Of a DNA stretch of 32,000 bases, positions 10,109 through 22,634 are shown one piece after another. The notes beneath the pieces were generated by a model. The model was not told the origin of the DNA. It saw only the letters and a program-made list of their open reading frames with translations, and searched no databases. The stretch covers positions 30,001 to 62,000 of the forward strand of contig DXJG01000009.1 of the NCBI GenBank assembly GCA_019056805.1. The letters are read 5' to 3'. Position 1 is the stretch's first letter, and every line of letters begins with the position of its first letter. This DNA comes from Candidatus Baldrarchaeota archaeon (GTDB lineage Archaea > Asgardarchaeota > Baldrarchaeia > Baldrarchaeales > DXJG01). The translations under genes were made by a program, and so were the position numbers.

Positions 10109-10483
10109 CTATAACAAAGGAAGAGTTCCTGTTATTTTATCAACAAGTTTTTCAGGAGCAGGACCAATACCAAGAGTAGTTATGGTGCCTGGAGGAATTT
10201 CCGTTAACCCGCAATCCCTAATTAAGGCATGAGGTAAATCAAGTTTCTCTGCCATATTTTTTAATTCTAATAATTCTTCTAGTGTTTCAACTTTCACGGC
10301 CACTTTCTTCTGTCCTTCTTTCATCCATTTTTCCCACCAGTCTCTATATTTATTTCTAGCTATTTCTGCAGCTGTAACTGAGGCATGCGCTACCTGTACT
10401 GCCAATTTTCCTTTACTTAGTTTAAGATCTGTTCTAACCACAATAACCTGCTTATATTCGTAGGTACTCACTTTTAACACCAT
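10109..10483 (-). CDS. pth2: Peptidyl-tRNA hydrolase, archaeal/eukaryotic Pth2 type
   Basis: KQVIVVRTDLKLSKGKLAVQVAHA, GQKKVAVK, DCGLTEIPPGT-x-T-x-LGIGP. Confidence 0.95.
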   Translation of the reverse strand: MVLKVSTYEYKQVIVVRTDLKLSKGKLAVQVAHASVTAAEIARNKYRDWWEKWMKEGQKKVAVKVETLEELLELKNMAEKLDLPHALIRDCGLTEIPPGTITTLGIGPAPEKLVDKITGTLPLL

Positions 10484-10618
10484 ATTAATGTTGAATGTCT
10501 CTAATTTAGCGTTAAAGAGATTAATAGTTTAATTTGTTGTTCTCATCTAAGAAATCGTATATTTGATAGTGTTTCCAAATCCAATCAAAAACAACTGTGT
10601 AACTTTACAGTCTTGGTG

Positions 10619-10885
10619 TTAATCTTCTTCGGCTACTAGGAACTGTTTCTCTGGAGTTATTATTTCAATTTTTCGTTTGGTTTTTGTTATTTGCGAAACA
10701 TGGATGAGTCCTTCTATCTCCAATTGAAGTAAAGCTTTGTTTAGCTCTGTTGGAGATAAATTTTTTACATATTTTTGTAACTGTCTTTCTAGGTCGCTAT
10801 CTAGTAGTACTTGATGCTTTTTAACTATTTGTAGAATTAAAACTTTTATTGGAGTTAAATTCCATATTTGTGGTCTTGCTGGCAT
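10619..10885 (-). CDS. Small winged-helix protein of unknown function, directly downstream of cdc48
   Basis: 88 aa with a helix-helix-wing pattern (ELNKALLQLEIEGLIHV...KRKIEII); SD GGGGGTG upstream; 13 nt after the cdc48 stop. Confidence 0.7.
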   Translation of the reverse strand: MPARPQIWNLTPIKVLILQIVKKHQVLLDSDLERQLQKYVKNLSPTELNKALLQLEIEGLIHVSQITKTKRKIEIITPEKQFLVAEED

Positions 10886-10898
10886 TTTTACACCCCCT

Positions 10899-13115
<2,217 letters not shown>

Positions 13116-13265
13116 CTAGCATATTCTAGTTTAAATGATAAAATCTATGCTTAAATTCTAATCCCCTTTTATAAGGATTTCTTTTACAAAGATTTCCAAG
13201 CCAAACAAAGGGAAGTTGACGTGAAAATAAGTCATAACTTAAGATTTAAGATCACATACGTGCAG

Positions 13266-13532
13266 TTAGATTCTAGTTGCATGTTCTATCTCTACTTGCC
13301 CAACACCTTTAACATTCTTAATAATTTCTTCCAGTATATCGGTTCCACCTTCAGCATCTGGCACAACTACTGCTATTTTTAAAGCTTTCAAACCGAATGC
13401 TATTGGTTCTTCTTTGCTATCTTTTAATTCAGCATTTTCAGGCAATTTACCTTTAATGTCTTCAAGAAGCTGTTTTAAATCCACTTCTATAGTTTCAGGC
13501 AATACCTTAATAATAGTTAAAACTTTTCCCAT
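13266..13532 (-). CDS. ef1b: Translation elongation factor aEF-1beta
   Basis: IKVLPE...EEPIAFGLKAL...VPDAEGGTD...GVGQVE. Confidence 0.95.
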   Translation of the reverse strand: MGKVLTIIKVLPETIEVDLKQLLEDIKGKLPENAELKDSKEEPIAFGLKALKIAVVVPDAEGGTDILEEIIKNVKGVGQVEIEHATRI

Positions 13533-13543
13533 TCTATTCCCTC

Positions 13544-13717
13544 CTATGGTCCTTCAAAACCGCACTTCGGACATTTATATATACGGGAAAATTTTCTACA
13601 CCTCTCGCATCTCCAAATAATAACTTCACCACAATTTGGACAAGAAAATCTTACTGCTGCTTCGCCAGGTGCAATAATTTTCCCACATGATGAACATATT
13701 GGTGGTTCAAGACTCAA
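13544..13717 (-). CDS. Small double zinc-ribbon protein (DUF1610 / HVO_2753-like)
   Basis: CSSC...F-x-CPNCGE...RC-x-x-CR...Y[10 protein letters not shown]; the usual neighbour of aEF-1beta. Start placed at TTG 13717 after GGGGTG (the ORF track extends to 13744). Confidence 0.85.
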   Translation of the reverse strand: MSLEPPICSSCGKIIAPGEAAVRFSCPNCGEVIIWRCERCRKFSRIYKCPKCGFEGP

Positions 13718-13930
13718 CAATGCCACCCCGTTCAATCTTTCCACTTAACATTTCATAAACCTACATAGGAAATGAATGTATGGAATATAAAATCCATGGT
13801 AGATTGTCCGAAGCGTTGTCGCGGGATGATTTAACGCTAGACTTATACCTCATCTCAAGTACCTTATTTAAACGTATTGCTTACAAACTTCTTTCAATTA
13901 TTCTCAAATCTTTCTTTTCCAAAAGTAAAA

Positions 13931-15139
13931 TTACAAAAACTGCGAAAGCGAAGTTAGAAAAATAATTGACAACGCCTTAAAATTGGTCAAAGACTTAAGT
14001 ATAGTCTTAAACTGAAAGTCCATATCTCCAAATCTAGCAATGTCTTCATTAAAATCATAACGAGATATGTATAGAAATAGTTTATCCAGAGTTTTATCCG
14101 GTAAAATGTTCAAAAATTTTCTTAAGAGCTTCATAGACTTGAATTCTTTATCAAAAAGTTTACGCCAAGTTTTTTCATAAGTGCTCAATACATCTACAGG
14201 TAATTTTTCTCTCACAAATTTTCCAGCAACTTTTCCAGCAATAGCAGAGCAAAGAGAACCCAAAATAATTCCACCACCCGTTGTAGGCTTAACTTGTCCA
14301 GCTACGTCGCCAACAAGCAAAATACGAGAACGCCACGTCCTTGAAATAGGTCCCCCAGTGATAACAGTTCCACCAATAATCCTGGCAATTTTCCCCCTTC
14401 CTAAACGATTTGATACCAATTCATGTCTCTTTATAAATCTCTTAAGCAAATCTAATGGTCTATTCTTAGCAGCAAGACCTACACGAGCAGAATTATCTGA
14501 GGTCGGAATCACCCAAGCAAAAAATCCAGGAGCAATTTTTCGACCAAAATATAATTCCACAAAATCTACATCAACATCCACATTTATCATTTCAAACTGC
14601 ACTGCTGGTAACAAAGCCTGTGGTGTGCTAAACCCAAGTTTGCGAGAAATAGTTGACCTAACACCCTCAGCATCAATTAAAACTTTTGCAGCAATGTCGC
14701 GTTTTTTATCTTCTTCAACTAATTTTACAAAAACCTTTTTCTTTCCAACAGAAACCGAGTCCACTTTGCAACCCAACTTAATTTTAACACCCTTTCTTTC
14801 TGCATTCAATGCCAAAAACTGATCAAAAAGAACCCTATCTAAAACATACGCTTGTTCTTTTTCTCTTTCAACTACAAAACTATGTCCAGAGGGAGAAAAG
14901 AAAATAGCGCCCCTAACCCTATTTAACACAACATTGGAAGGAGGATGAAATCCAAGTTTCTTAAATCCTTTTACACTAACAAGACCTGCGCAATGTGTAG
15001 GCAAACCTATTGTTTTATGTTCTTCAAAAACAAAAACTTCTACATCCTGTGTAACAGCTTTTATGGCAGATGTTAAGCCAGATGGACCAGCACCAATGAT
15101 AGCAACATCGACTTCTTCATCGGAAGTTACATTTGACAT
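13931..15139 (-). CDS. Geranylgeranyl reductase family FAD-dependent oxidoreductase (archaeal lipid saturation)
   Basis: GAGPSG dinucleotide fold, P-x-HCAGLVS, LDR-x-x-FD, DAEG, PGFFAWVIP, LVGDVAGQVKPTTGGGI. Confidence 0.85.
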   Translation of the reverse strand: MSNVTSDEEVDVAIIGAGPSGLTSAIKAVTQDVEVFVFEEHKTIGLPTHCAGLVSVKGFKKLGFHPPSNVVLNRVRGAIFFSPSGHSFVVEREKEQAYVLDRVLFDQFLALNAERKGVKIKLGCKVDSVSVGKKKVFVKLVEEDKKRDIAAKVLIDAEGVRSTISRKLGFSTPQALLPAVQFEMINVDVDVDFVELYFGRKIAPGFFAWVIPTSDNSARVGLAAKNRPLDLLKRFIKRHELVSNRLGRGKIARIIGGTVITGGPISRTWRSRILLVGDVAGQVKPTTGGGIILGSLCSAIAGKVAGKFVREKLPVDVLSTYEKTWRKLFDKEFKSMKLLRKFLNILPDKTLDKLFLYISRYDFNEDIARFGDMDFQFKTILKSLTNFKALSIIFLTSLSQFL

Positions 15140-15472
15140 ATTATTATCCCCAGACTTAATTTAAACGCCAACGACAAAATGTTCTCTATTCTCATAATTC
15201 CACCTAAAGTTTTAAGTCTTATTTCGTAAATTAACGTATCATAACTTCCGTAATTTTTTCATTATTTACATTTTCCTCCGAAATACAAACGTCATTCTCT
15301 GTTCTTCCATTAAAATTAACAATATTATTAATTATAGTGATATGCGAAAAAGTATTAAGAAATGTTGAGAAATATTTGAATTCAAGCTCAAAATCCTATT
15401 TGGGTTTTCATAAACCCTGAAAAATAAACCAAGATACTCAAATAAGAGTTAAAATACGGAGGTAACATTCCT

Positions 15473-16300
15473 TTGTGTGATATATGTGAGAAACATAGTA
15501 AAAATTCAGTTAAATGGTATCTTAATGCTGAAAACTACGATGATGATCTAGTGTGGAAAGACAAAGCAAGATATAAAGTTACAATAGATGTTACGGGTTA
15601 TAACCTTGAATATTATATTTTTAGTACAACGAAGAAAGCTAAATTTGTTCATAAACTTCCAGAGCCATTTAAATCAATTCTTATAGCCATAGCGAATCGA
15701 AAAGCCTATAAGCTTCATGCAGGACAAGTCGTTCCTTTAGAAGATGCATTAAAAATAGTCGATCTTGCACATAATCATATAGTTATACCGTGCTACTGTA
15801 GACGATTACTCGGAGGAAAAGAAGAATTGTCATGTCTAAATTTTGGGGTAGTTCGAGATCTATGGCCAAAATATAAACCAGATGATCAAGTACTTGAATT
15901 AACAAGAAATGAAACCAAGAAAATGCTTCGCGAATGGGATCAAAAAGGATACATACATGCCGTTTTCTGGACCAAAACACCATACGTTATGGCTATATGT
16001 AACTGTGAGAAAAAGTACTGTACAGCCATGAAGAATAGGCTTCTTTTTAACATTAGAAATTCCTTCAAAAAGTCTCACTATGTTGCAAGGGTAAATGAGG
16101 AATTCTGTGACGGATGTGGTGGCAAACCAAAATGCATTTCCAAATGTCAGTTTAATGCCATAAGATATACAGCTAAGAAAAACGTAGTTACAATAGACGT
16201 TGAAAAATGTTTTGGCTGTGGTTTATGTCGAGAAGCATGTGATAGAAACGCCATAACCCTCGTTAATCGTGAAGGAATAGAAATTAAAGCAATGTGGTGA
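15473..16300 (+). CDS. Fe-S protein: Cys-rich N-terminal domain plus C-terminal 2x[4Fe-4S] ferredoxin domain
   Basis: C-terminal CDGCGGKPKCISKC and CFGCGLCREAC; additional PCYCR, SCL and ICNC...YC clusters. TTG start after GGAGGT. Confidence 0.75.
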   Translation: MCDICEKHSKNSVKWYLNAENYDDDLVWKDKARYKVTIDVTGYNLEYYIFSTTKKAKFVHKLPEPFKSILIAIANRKAYKLHAGQVVPLEDALKIVDLAHNHIVIPCYCRRLLGGKEELSCLNFGVVRDLWPKYKPDDQVLELTRNETKKMLREWDQKGYIHAVFWTKTPYVMAICNCEKKYCTAMKNRLLFNIRNSFKKSHYVARVNEEFCDGCGGKPKCISKCQFNAIRYTAKKNVVTIDVEKCFGCGLCREACDRNAITLVNREGIEIKAMW

Positions 16301-16302
16301 AA

Positions 16303-16533
16303 ATGGCAAAAATTAAAATTAACTATAAAAAGTGTACAAACCCCGAAGAATGCCTAAAATGTTTAAATGTTTGTCCAACAGGAGTATTCATGAAAGCTCC
16401 GGTATCAAAGCCTAAATCTCCCTCAACAAAACCAAAAGCATATAAAATAGTACCCATTTACAACGAACTCTGCAATACATGTAAGCTATGTGTTAACATT
16501 TGCCCCCTAAAAGCAATTACTATTAAAATGTAA
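16303..16533 (+). CDS. 2x[4Fe-4S] ferredoxin
   Basis: CTNPEECLKCLNVCP and CNTCKLCVNICP. Confidence 0.85.
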   Translation: MAKIKINYKKCTNPEECLKCLNVCPTGVFMKAPVSKPKSPSTKPKAYKIVPIYNELCNTCKLCVNICPLKAITIKM

Positions 16534-16557
16534 AGATACGTTGTTAAAGTAATTGGA

Positions 16558-17595
16558 TCATCTTTTAAACCACATGTCTAGGCTAGTTCTAGTCTTTGCT
16601 TCTCTCATTGCTTTGTCAAGCTTTTCAGCTGCTTTTCTAACCCTTGATTCTGAAAAATCATGTTCACCACATAGAAAGTTTACTATACCTTCTATGTCGG
16701 GTTGACGCCATTTAACTTCATAATTATCAGTAACCTCTGGATTTAAGAAAATTTTTTTAATTTCAAGCGGATCTACAGGGAATTTCGCTTCAGGAATATG
16801 TTTTAACGCTTTTTCAAGAGATCCGTATTGTTTAATAAGCGATAGGGCTTTTTTAGGTCCAATACCTTTTATTCCTTCAGGATTATAATCTGTACCAACT
16901 AAAATCGCTATATCAATTAACTGCTCTCTAGTAATACCTAAATCACTTAAAACCTCATCTAATACTATAAGCTCAGGTTTAACCTCAACATAAACATTCT
17001 TACGCGGCAATTTACGTCTACCAGTAATAGAAATATTTCTAACCAATCTAGGAGCACCAAACAACAAACTATCATAATCCTGTGATCCGCAAGCAAATAC
17101 ATTTCCCTTTTTCGCCATATAAGCAGCCTGAGCCTCACCTTCACTAGGAGATTGAACATAAGGAATACCCATCAAATCTAAAAGTTTCTTAGCTTGGTTA
17201 ACCATTTCCTCGGTTAAAACCGAAGTTGCCTGAGCATACATTCTAGCTGCTTCTAAATCTCCTTTCGCTAAAGCTTCTTCATATTTTTTTACTGCCTCCT
17301 CCTTCATTGCTTTTCTTCTTTCAATTTCCATAGCTTTTAATTCAGGAGGCTTTCCATCAAAAACATAAACAGGCTTTATACCATTTTCCACGAGATTAAC
17401 AGTCCTATACAATAATCCACTAAGATGACTAGTAACCCTACCCTGACTATCCTTAAGTGGCGTTCCATCTGGTTGACGAATTATTGCCAAAAACTGGTAC
17501 AAAGCATTATAAGCATCAATAGATATCGCCTTTCCTTTTAAATCCATCAACGTAATTTCTTTCGCTTTTATTATTCCCCTCAAATTTACTCCCAA
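16558..17595 (-). CDS. fen: Flap endonuclease 1
   Basis: [40 protein letters not shown]-x-LLFG, GTDYN...GIGPK-x-A, C-terminal PIP-like TSLDMWF. TTG start after GGAGGTGA. Confidence 0.97.
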   Translation of the reverse strand: MGVNLRGIIKAKEITLMDLKGKAISIDAYNALYQFLAIIRQPDGTPLKDSQGRVTSHLSGLLYRTVNLVENGIKPVYVFDGKPPELKAMEIERRKAMKEEAVKKYEEALAKGDLEAARMYAQATSVLTEEMVNQAKKLLDLMGIPYVQSPSEGEAQAAYMAKKGNVFACGSQDYDSLLFGAPRLVRNISITGRRKLPRKNVYVEVKPELIVLDEVLSDLGITREQLIDIAILVGTDYNPEGIKGIGPKKALSLIKQYGSLEKALKHIPEAKFPVDPLEIKKIFLNPEVTDNYEVKWRQPDIEGIVNFLCGEHDFSESRVRKAAEKLDKAMREAKTRTSLDMWFKR

Positions 17596-18028
17596 ATCTT
17601 TTCACCTCCTCTATAAGGACCCTTAACGAAAATCTAATAAACCTCAAAGCAATCTTACTTTACACTTCACTTTACATGTCTTTTAACCAGTTTTTTTGAA
17701 ATTTCTTATCTCTGTTTCTTTTTGCTTTTTTAGACTATTTTTCTTTTTCGGTTAATTCCTTTACATACGTTTGTTAATATATAGTTGATTTCGAATTTAT
17801 TGTTATCTTCGTAACAAGAACAAACTCAATAATTACTAAATTTTTATTGTAAATTGGTTAAAACGAAATTTTACTACGTTTTCTTACCGATCTATTAGTA
17901 TAAATAAGTCCTATTGTCGGTCTGTTAAAATATTTTTTGATGCAATAAATATTTAGGATATACAGTCGCTTACTATTAAACAGAATCAGAAGGATATTAA
18001 ACGATTATAATGTTGAGTGGTGTGATTT

Positions 18029-18752
<724 letters not shown>

Positions 18753-18808
18753 TTTAAGATTATTAGTTGTAAATCGTGAAACTCTGTAGTCTATAAAATT
18801 CTTGTTTA

Positions 18809-19882
18809 CTATTTACTTCTTAAAATATTAAAGTAGAAACAAATCTTTTTCAATGGACATATATCACATCTTGGCTTATTTTTACGACAATAATCTCTAC
18901 CAAAGAGATAACTTAACGTTTGAAACCATCCTGCAAGCTTTCCTAGTTCTAAAATTTTACTTCGAATACAACGACTAGACATTGGGCATAATGGAATTCT
19001 TAGTTTTCTCGAAACCATTTCTGTACAACCATACTTAGAACAAAGAGAACTTTGAGGTACCTTAAAATCATCTAATAAAAGAAGTCTCCTTGTCACATTT
19101 TTTAAATGTGTGTCTACTGGAACGATATCTGTATGAAAACTTGTATTTAATAGATAGGAATCCGCTGTCTTCGGCCCTATACCTTTTACTAAAGATATTA
19201 GCACCATTCTTGCTATTTGAGGCGGAATTTTCCTGGAGAGAAACTCAAAAGGATTTTCTATAGGATCTTTATTTTCTAAATATCTTTTAATAAAAATAGG
19301 TAGTTTCTCTAAGCTACTATGAAACATTAGCATTGATTTCAATGTTTTTACAAGGTCGAAAATTTGGTAACTTGTGCCGATTCCCAATAAATCCTTCTTA
19401 CTCGCATAAATTATGTTTAAGATATTATCACCATATTTTTTGAGAATCTTTTCCATCCAATGACGGACAAATGTTTCATAATCAGTCCTCTTCGAAAGAC
19501 AAACAGCAGCAAATATCTTATCCTGTTCAAATAAAGATACAGGAATCCTAACCCCGGGATATAGTTGTGATAATTTTTCTAAAAGCTCCTTGAATTCATT
19601 AGGAGCTTTATGAATGTCATATTCAAACGGAGCATGCCAAAGACCCGTTTCAGCGTGAACAAATTCCTCTATACTTTCTTTACTTATGGAAACTAATCCC
19701 GTAATAAAAACAGTGTCTTTTTTCTGTTTTATTGTTAAGTTTTTAAATAGATACGAATTTATTTTTCTCCAAGTATTTTTACCTACCTGCCTATAAGTTG
19801 AAGAAATAAAAGAAGGCTTAAATGTAAAATCAAGGTTATAACATTCCACCTCTAATGCGATCTTTATATTTTGCATCATCAT
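18809..19882 (-). CDS. HhH-GPD superfamily DNA glycosylase/AP lyase with C-terminal [4Fe-4S] (endonuclease III-like) motif
   Basis: HhH motif VKGIGPKTAD, catalytic VDTH, C-terminal C-x6-C-x2-C-x5-C (CRKNKPRCDICPLKKIC), long N-terminal extension. Confidence 0.8.
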   Translation of the reverse strand: MMMQNIKIALEVECYNLDFTFKPSFISSTYRQVGKNTWRKINSYLFKNLTIKQKKDTVFITGLVSISKESIEEFVHAETGLWHAPFEYDIHKAPNEFKELLEKLSQLYPGVRIPVSLFEQDKIFAAVCLSKRTDYETFVRHWMEKILKKYGDNILNIIYASKKDLLGIGTSYQIFDLVKTLKSMLMFHSSLEKLPIFIKRYLENKDPIENPFEFLSRKIPPQIARMVLISLVKGIGPKTADSYLLNTSFHTDIVPVDTHLKNVTRRLLLLDDFKVPQSSLCSKYGCTEMVSRKLRIPLCPMSSRCIRSKILELGKLAGWFQTLSYLFGRDYCRKNKPRCDICPLKKICFYFNILRSK

Positions 19883-19939
19883 GATTCTCCATGATAAATA
19901 CTAAATTCAAATTTGTAATTGATTTAATGGAGGTTTATC

Positions 19940-20377
19940 ATGTCTTTAAAGGTGACAGAGGTAATTAAAGCGTATGGTCACCCTAACATTCGTGCTACTC
20001 ATAAATCAACATTAGAAATAACAAAAGAAGAAAAATTAACACCTCGAGGAGACTGTATCATTGCTGTAAAAGCTAACAAAGGACTGTACGAGCTTAGCGG
20101 TGAATTCAAAAAAATAGCTAGAAAGGAAGGATCAAAAATAAAGTTAATCATCGAAGTTGAAGGATTAAAAGAAGAGATTACCGGATATGGAAGCCCAAAA
20201 CTTATTTTAAGCCACCCTACAGACATTGTCTGCCGAAAAAGTAATTATATTTGCAATAGAACTTTAATGATAAAAGCGAATAAAGCAGCAAGAGATCTCA
20301 ATAGAGAACTCATTGGGAAATTAAGAAACCCTAAAGTTTTGGTTAAAATTACCTTGATAGCCGAAGTTAGTGGATAA
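19940..20377 (+). CDS. DUF371 family conserved archaeal protein
   Basis: AYGHPNIRATH-x-STLEITKE-x-x-LTPRGDCII-x-V, RKS-x-YI-x-x-RTL-x-I-x-ANKAA-x-DL. Confidence 0.88.
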   Translation: MSLKVTEVIKAYGHPNIRATHKSTLEITKEEKLTPRGDCIIAVKANKGLYELSGEFKKIARKEGSKIKLIIEVEGLKEEITGYGSPKLILSHPTDIVCRKSNYICNRTLMIKANKAARDLNRELIGKLRNPKVLVKITLIAEVSG

Positions 20378-21431
20378 GCGCATCGACTACAATTTGCCAT
20401 TCATGTGGAGCATATGGTCTTACTTTTCTAACATTTAATATTGAAACTATTTTTCGTCCCGCTTGTAAAACCTTTCCCTCTAAAATTTCCACAACTTTTC
20501 CCTCAGGATCCGGATCAGAAGCAAACTGATAATAATGAATTATTCCGCCCTCCGGTTTTACAGCTAAACAAGCATCTTCTATAAAATTATAGGCTTTTTC
20601 AGGAAGATTCATAATCACTCTATCCGCCTTTCCAGGCATTTTTTCCTTAATTATTTGTTTCGCATCTCCTAAAATCGGTATAACTTTTCCTCTGAGCTTA
20701 TTCCTTTTTATATTCTCCTCTAAATATTTTATGGCATAAGGATTTTTATCTATCGCATAAATAGTTGCATCTACCCTTTTCGCAATCAGAATAGCAAAAG
20801 GCCCAATACCAGTAAACATATCAACAACAGTCTCTCCATCTTTTACTTGTGAAGCAACCCTCCAATGCTCAGTAGCCAACCTAGGACTAAAATAGACCTT
20901 CGAAACATCCAAAACAAAAACACATCCATGTTCCCTATGTATAGTTTCAGTTTTTTTCTCACCAGCTATATGTTCTAATTTTCGTAAACGAAACTCAGAG
21001 TCCACTTTACCAACTTTCGCTAAAACTGTCCTAATATTTTTATGAACCTGTAAAATAGCCTCCCCAATCTTATGTTTCAAATGAGAAACTTCTTTTGGGA
21101 CTTCAATAATAGCGATATCACCAATAATATCAAAAGATCGACGAATAAATTCCAATTCCTCTTCATTAAGCTCTCTTTTCAAAACATCAAGAAAACTTCT
21201 AGGTCTACTTTTACAACGTTCCAACTTCTGTTTAACAATCTCAACCTTACATATTTTCTTCAATTCTTCCAGTTCATAGCCACTTAAATCACGAGTAATC
21301 GGAAAATACAGATAAACATCATTTTTTCCGATCTCAAAACCTCTATTTAAAACACCCATACCATTAAGCTTTTTTCTAATGGCTTCTCCAACTTTTCTAG
21401 GAACTTTAACACACAAGACAGAAGACTTCAA
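20367..21431 (-). CDS. trm5: Trm5/Met-10+ family tRNA (m1G37) methyltransferase
   Basis: SFDIIGDIAI, G-x-K-x-TET-x-H-x-E-x-G, VYFSPRL-x-x-E, VDMFTGIGPF, IDKNP, DRVIMNLP. Start placed at TTG 21431 after GGTGA (the ORF track extends to 21491). Paralog subtype not resolved. Confidence 0.88.
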   Translation of the reverse strand: MKSSVLCVKVPRKVGEAIRKKLNGMGVLNRGFEIGKNDVYLYFPITRDLSGYELEELKKICKVEIVKQKLERCKSRPRSFLDVLKRELNEEELEFIRRSFDIIGDIAIIEVPKEVSHLKHKIGEAILQVHKNIRTVLAKVGKVDSEFRLRKLEHIAGEKKTETIHREHGCVFVLDVSKVYFSPRLATEHWRVASQVKDGETVVDMFTGIGPFAILIAKRVDATIYAIDKNPYAIKYLEENIKRNKLRGKVIPILGDAKQIIKEKMPGKADRVIMNLPEKAYNFIEDACLAVKPEGGIIHYYQFASDPDPEGKVVEILEGKVLQAGRKIVSILNVRKVRPYAPHEWQIVVDALIH

Positions 21432-21767
21432 AATAATCACCAATTCACAGCACCAATACTCTTTACAAATTAACTTAACGTTATAACGCAAAAATAGTTT
21501 TATGGTTACGACACCTTAAAATACTACAAGGAACAGAGTCCGATTTCCATTTTCTAGACTTCTTTATGAAGATTTATGTACAAGTACTGAGTAATGGAAA
21601 GATAAATACAAACAAATCAAACAGAAAAAATAACAAAAAAGGAAAGGTCGAAAAAATCAATATACAAAGATAAAGTGAATTAAGTCGACCAATACAAATA
21701 TATGATCATAAAAGCATATTTAACGTGTATTTTAAAGTTAAAATTTAAGAAATCGGTGGAGGAGAAC

Positions 21768-22532
21768 GTGGAAACTCCCAAAATAATATCCATGTTTTTT
21801 ATACTCTTCTTACTCATACCGTTAGTGCATTTTACATTTTTATATCAAAACTATGCAAAATTCCCAAGCCATGGGTCAGGAGGATGCATAGCTATTATTT
21901 ACGACAAGTCAACATTTGTCTGCGATGTTAGTTTCAATATCAGGGGTCCTACTAAACTTATTTATGGCTTCCAAACAAAATATGAAATTAAAATCTACTT
22001 TTGGAACTTTAACCCCAATGTAACAGAAGTTATCTTAGAGTCGTTGGAACTAATGATTTACTACTGGGATCCTAGCCTAGGGCCAGAGTATGAAGCGGTG
22101 CACATTCGTGGATTAGCGATCATGGCAGATTACCTCACTCTCTATTTAGATAATTACACCATTAGAGAAGGCAACTGGCTAAATATAACACTCAAATGGC
22201 GGCCACTTCCAATAATACCACACATAAAAGCTATGTGGCAAACCACCAATCTTCTAGGCGAACTACTCTATGTCTTGCTTCCAATAAGATACGCGTATAC
22301 ACAGCGTAGCATAAAACTCCAATGCTACATAGTATACACAGATGGCATGATAAAGAAACTTAGCACCCAATTACTCCTGCCTTCAAGAGGTATTATGTAT
22401 ATAGCTCTTATCGACTGGAGCTCCCTCATCTTCTACCAACTTCCAACATTACTTCTACTTCTTTCATGGAACATCTATAAAATCTACAAAACACAAACAA
22501 CACCTAAAAAGAAAAGTGGTCAGAAAACATAA
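21768..22532 (+). CDS. Hypothetical membrane-anchored protein (N-terminal signal/TM helix, C-terminal TM helix, basic tail)
   Basis: Long ORF; GTG start after GGAGGAG; hydrophobic MFFILFLLIPLVHF and LIFYQLPTLLLLLSW followed by PKKK. No family recognised. Confidence 0.6.
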   Translation: METPKIISMFFILFLLIPLVHFTFLYQNYAKFPSHGSGGCIAIIYDKSTFVCDVSFNIRGPTKLIYGFQTKYEIKIYFWNFNPNVTEVILESLELMIYYWDPSLGPEYEAVHIRGLAIMADYLTLYLDNYTIREGNWLNITLKWRPLPIIPHIKAMWQTTNLLGELLYVLLPIRYAYTQRSIKLQCYIVYTDGMIKKLSTQLLLPSRGIMYIALIDWSSLIFYQLPTLLLLLSWNIYKIYKTQTTPKKKSGQKT

Positions 22533-22634
22533 CTACACGTTAAATGTATATATTTTGAATAAGCTAATAGTTTTTCCAGTATGCTTATACTTTCTATAAT
22601 CTCTTATATAATGCGAAATCTTATCTTGGACTGT

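Noticed and set aside
13780-13965. 61-aa plus-strand ORF between the zinc-ribbon gene and the reductase
   Set aside because: It overlaps the reductase 3' end and the likely promoter region of the next operon, and has no motif.
17596-18028. ncRNA or hidden gene in the 430-bp fen-pcm intergenic region
   Set aside because: Very AT-rich with no stable stems or C/D boxes seen; the candidate minus-strand frame is interrupted by stops. Consistent with a divergent promoter region.
21560-21700. A-rich tract whose minus strand reads as a hydrophobic peptide
   Set aside because: No credible start or SD; explained by low complexity.
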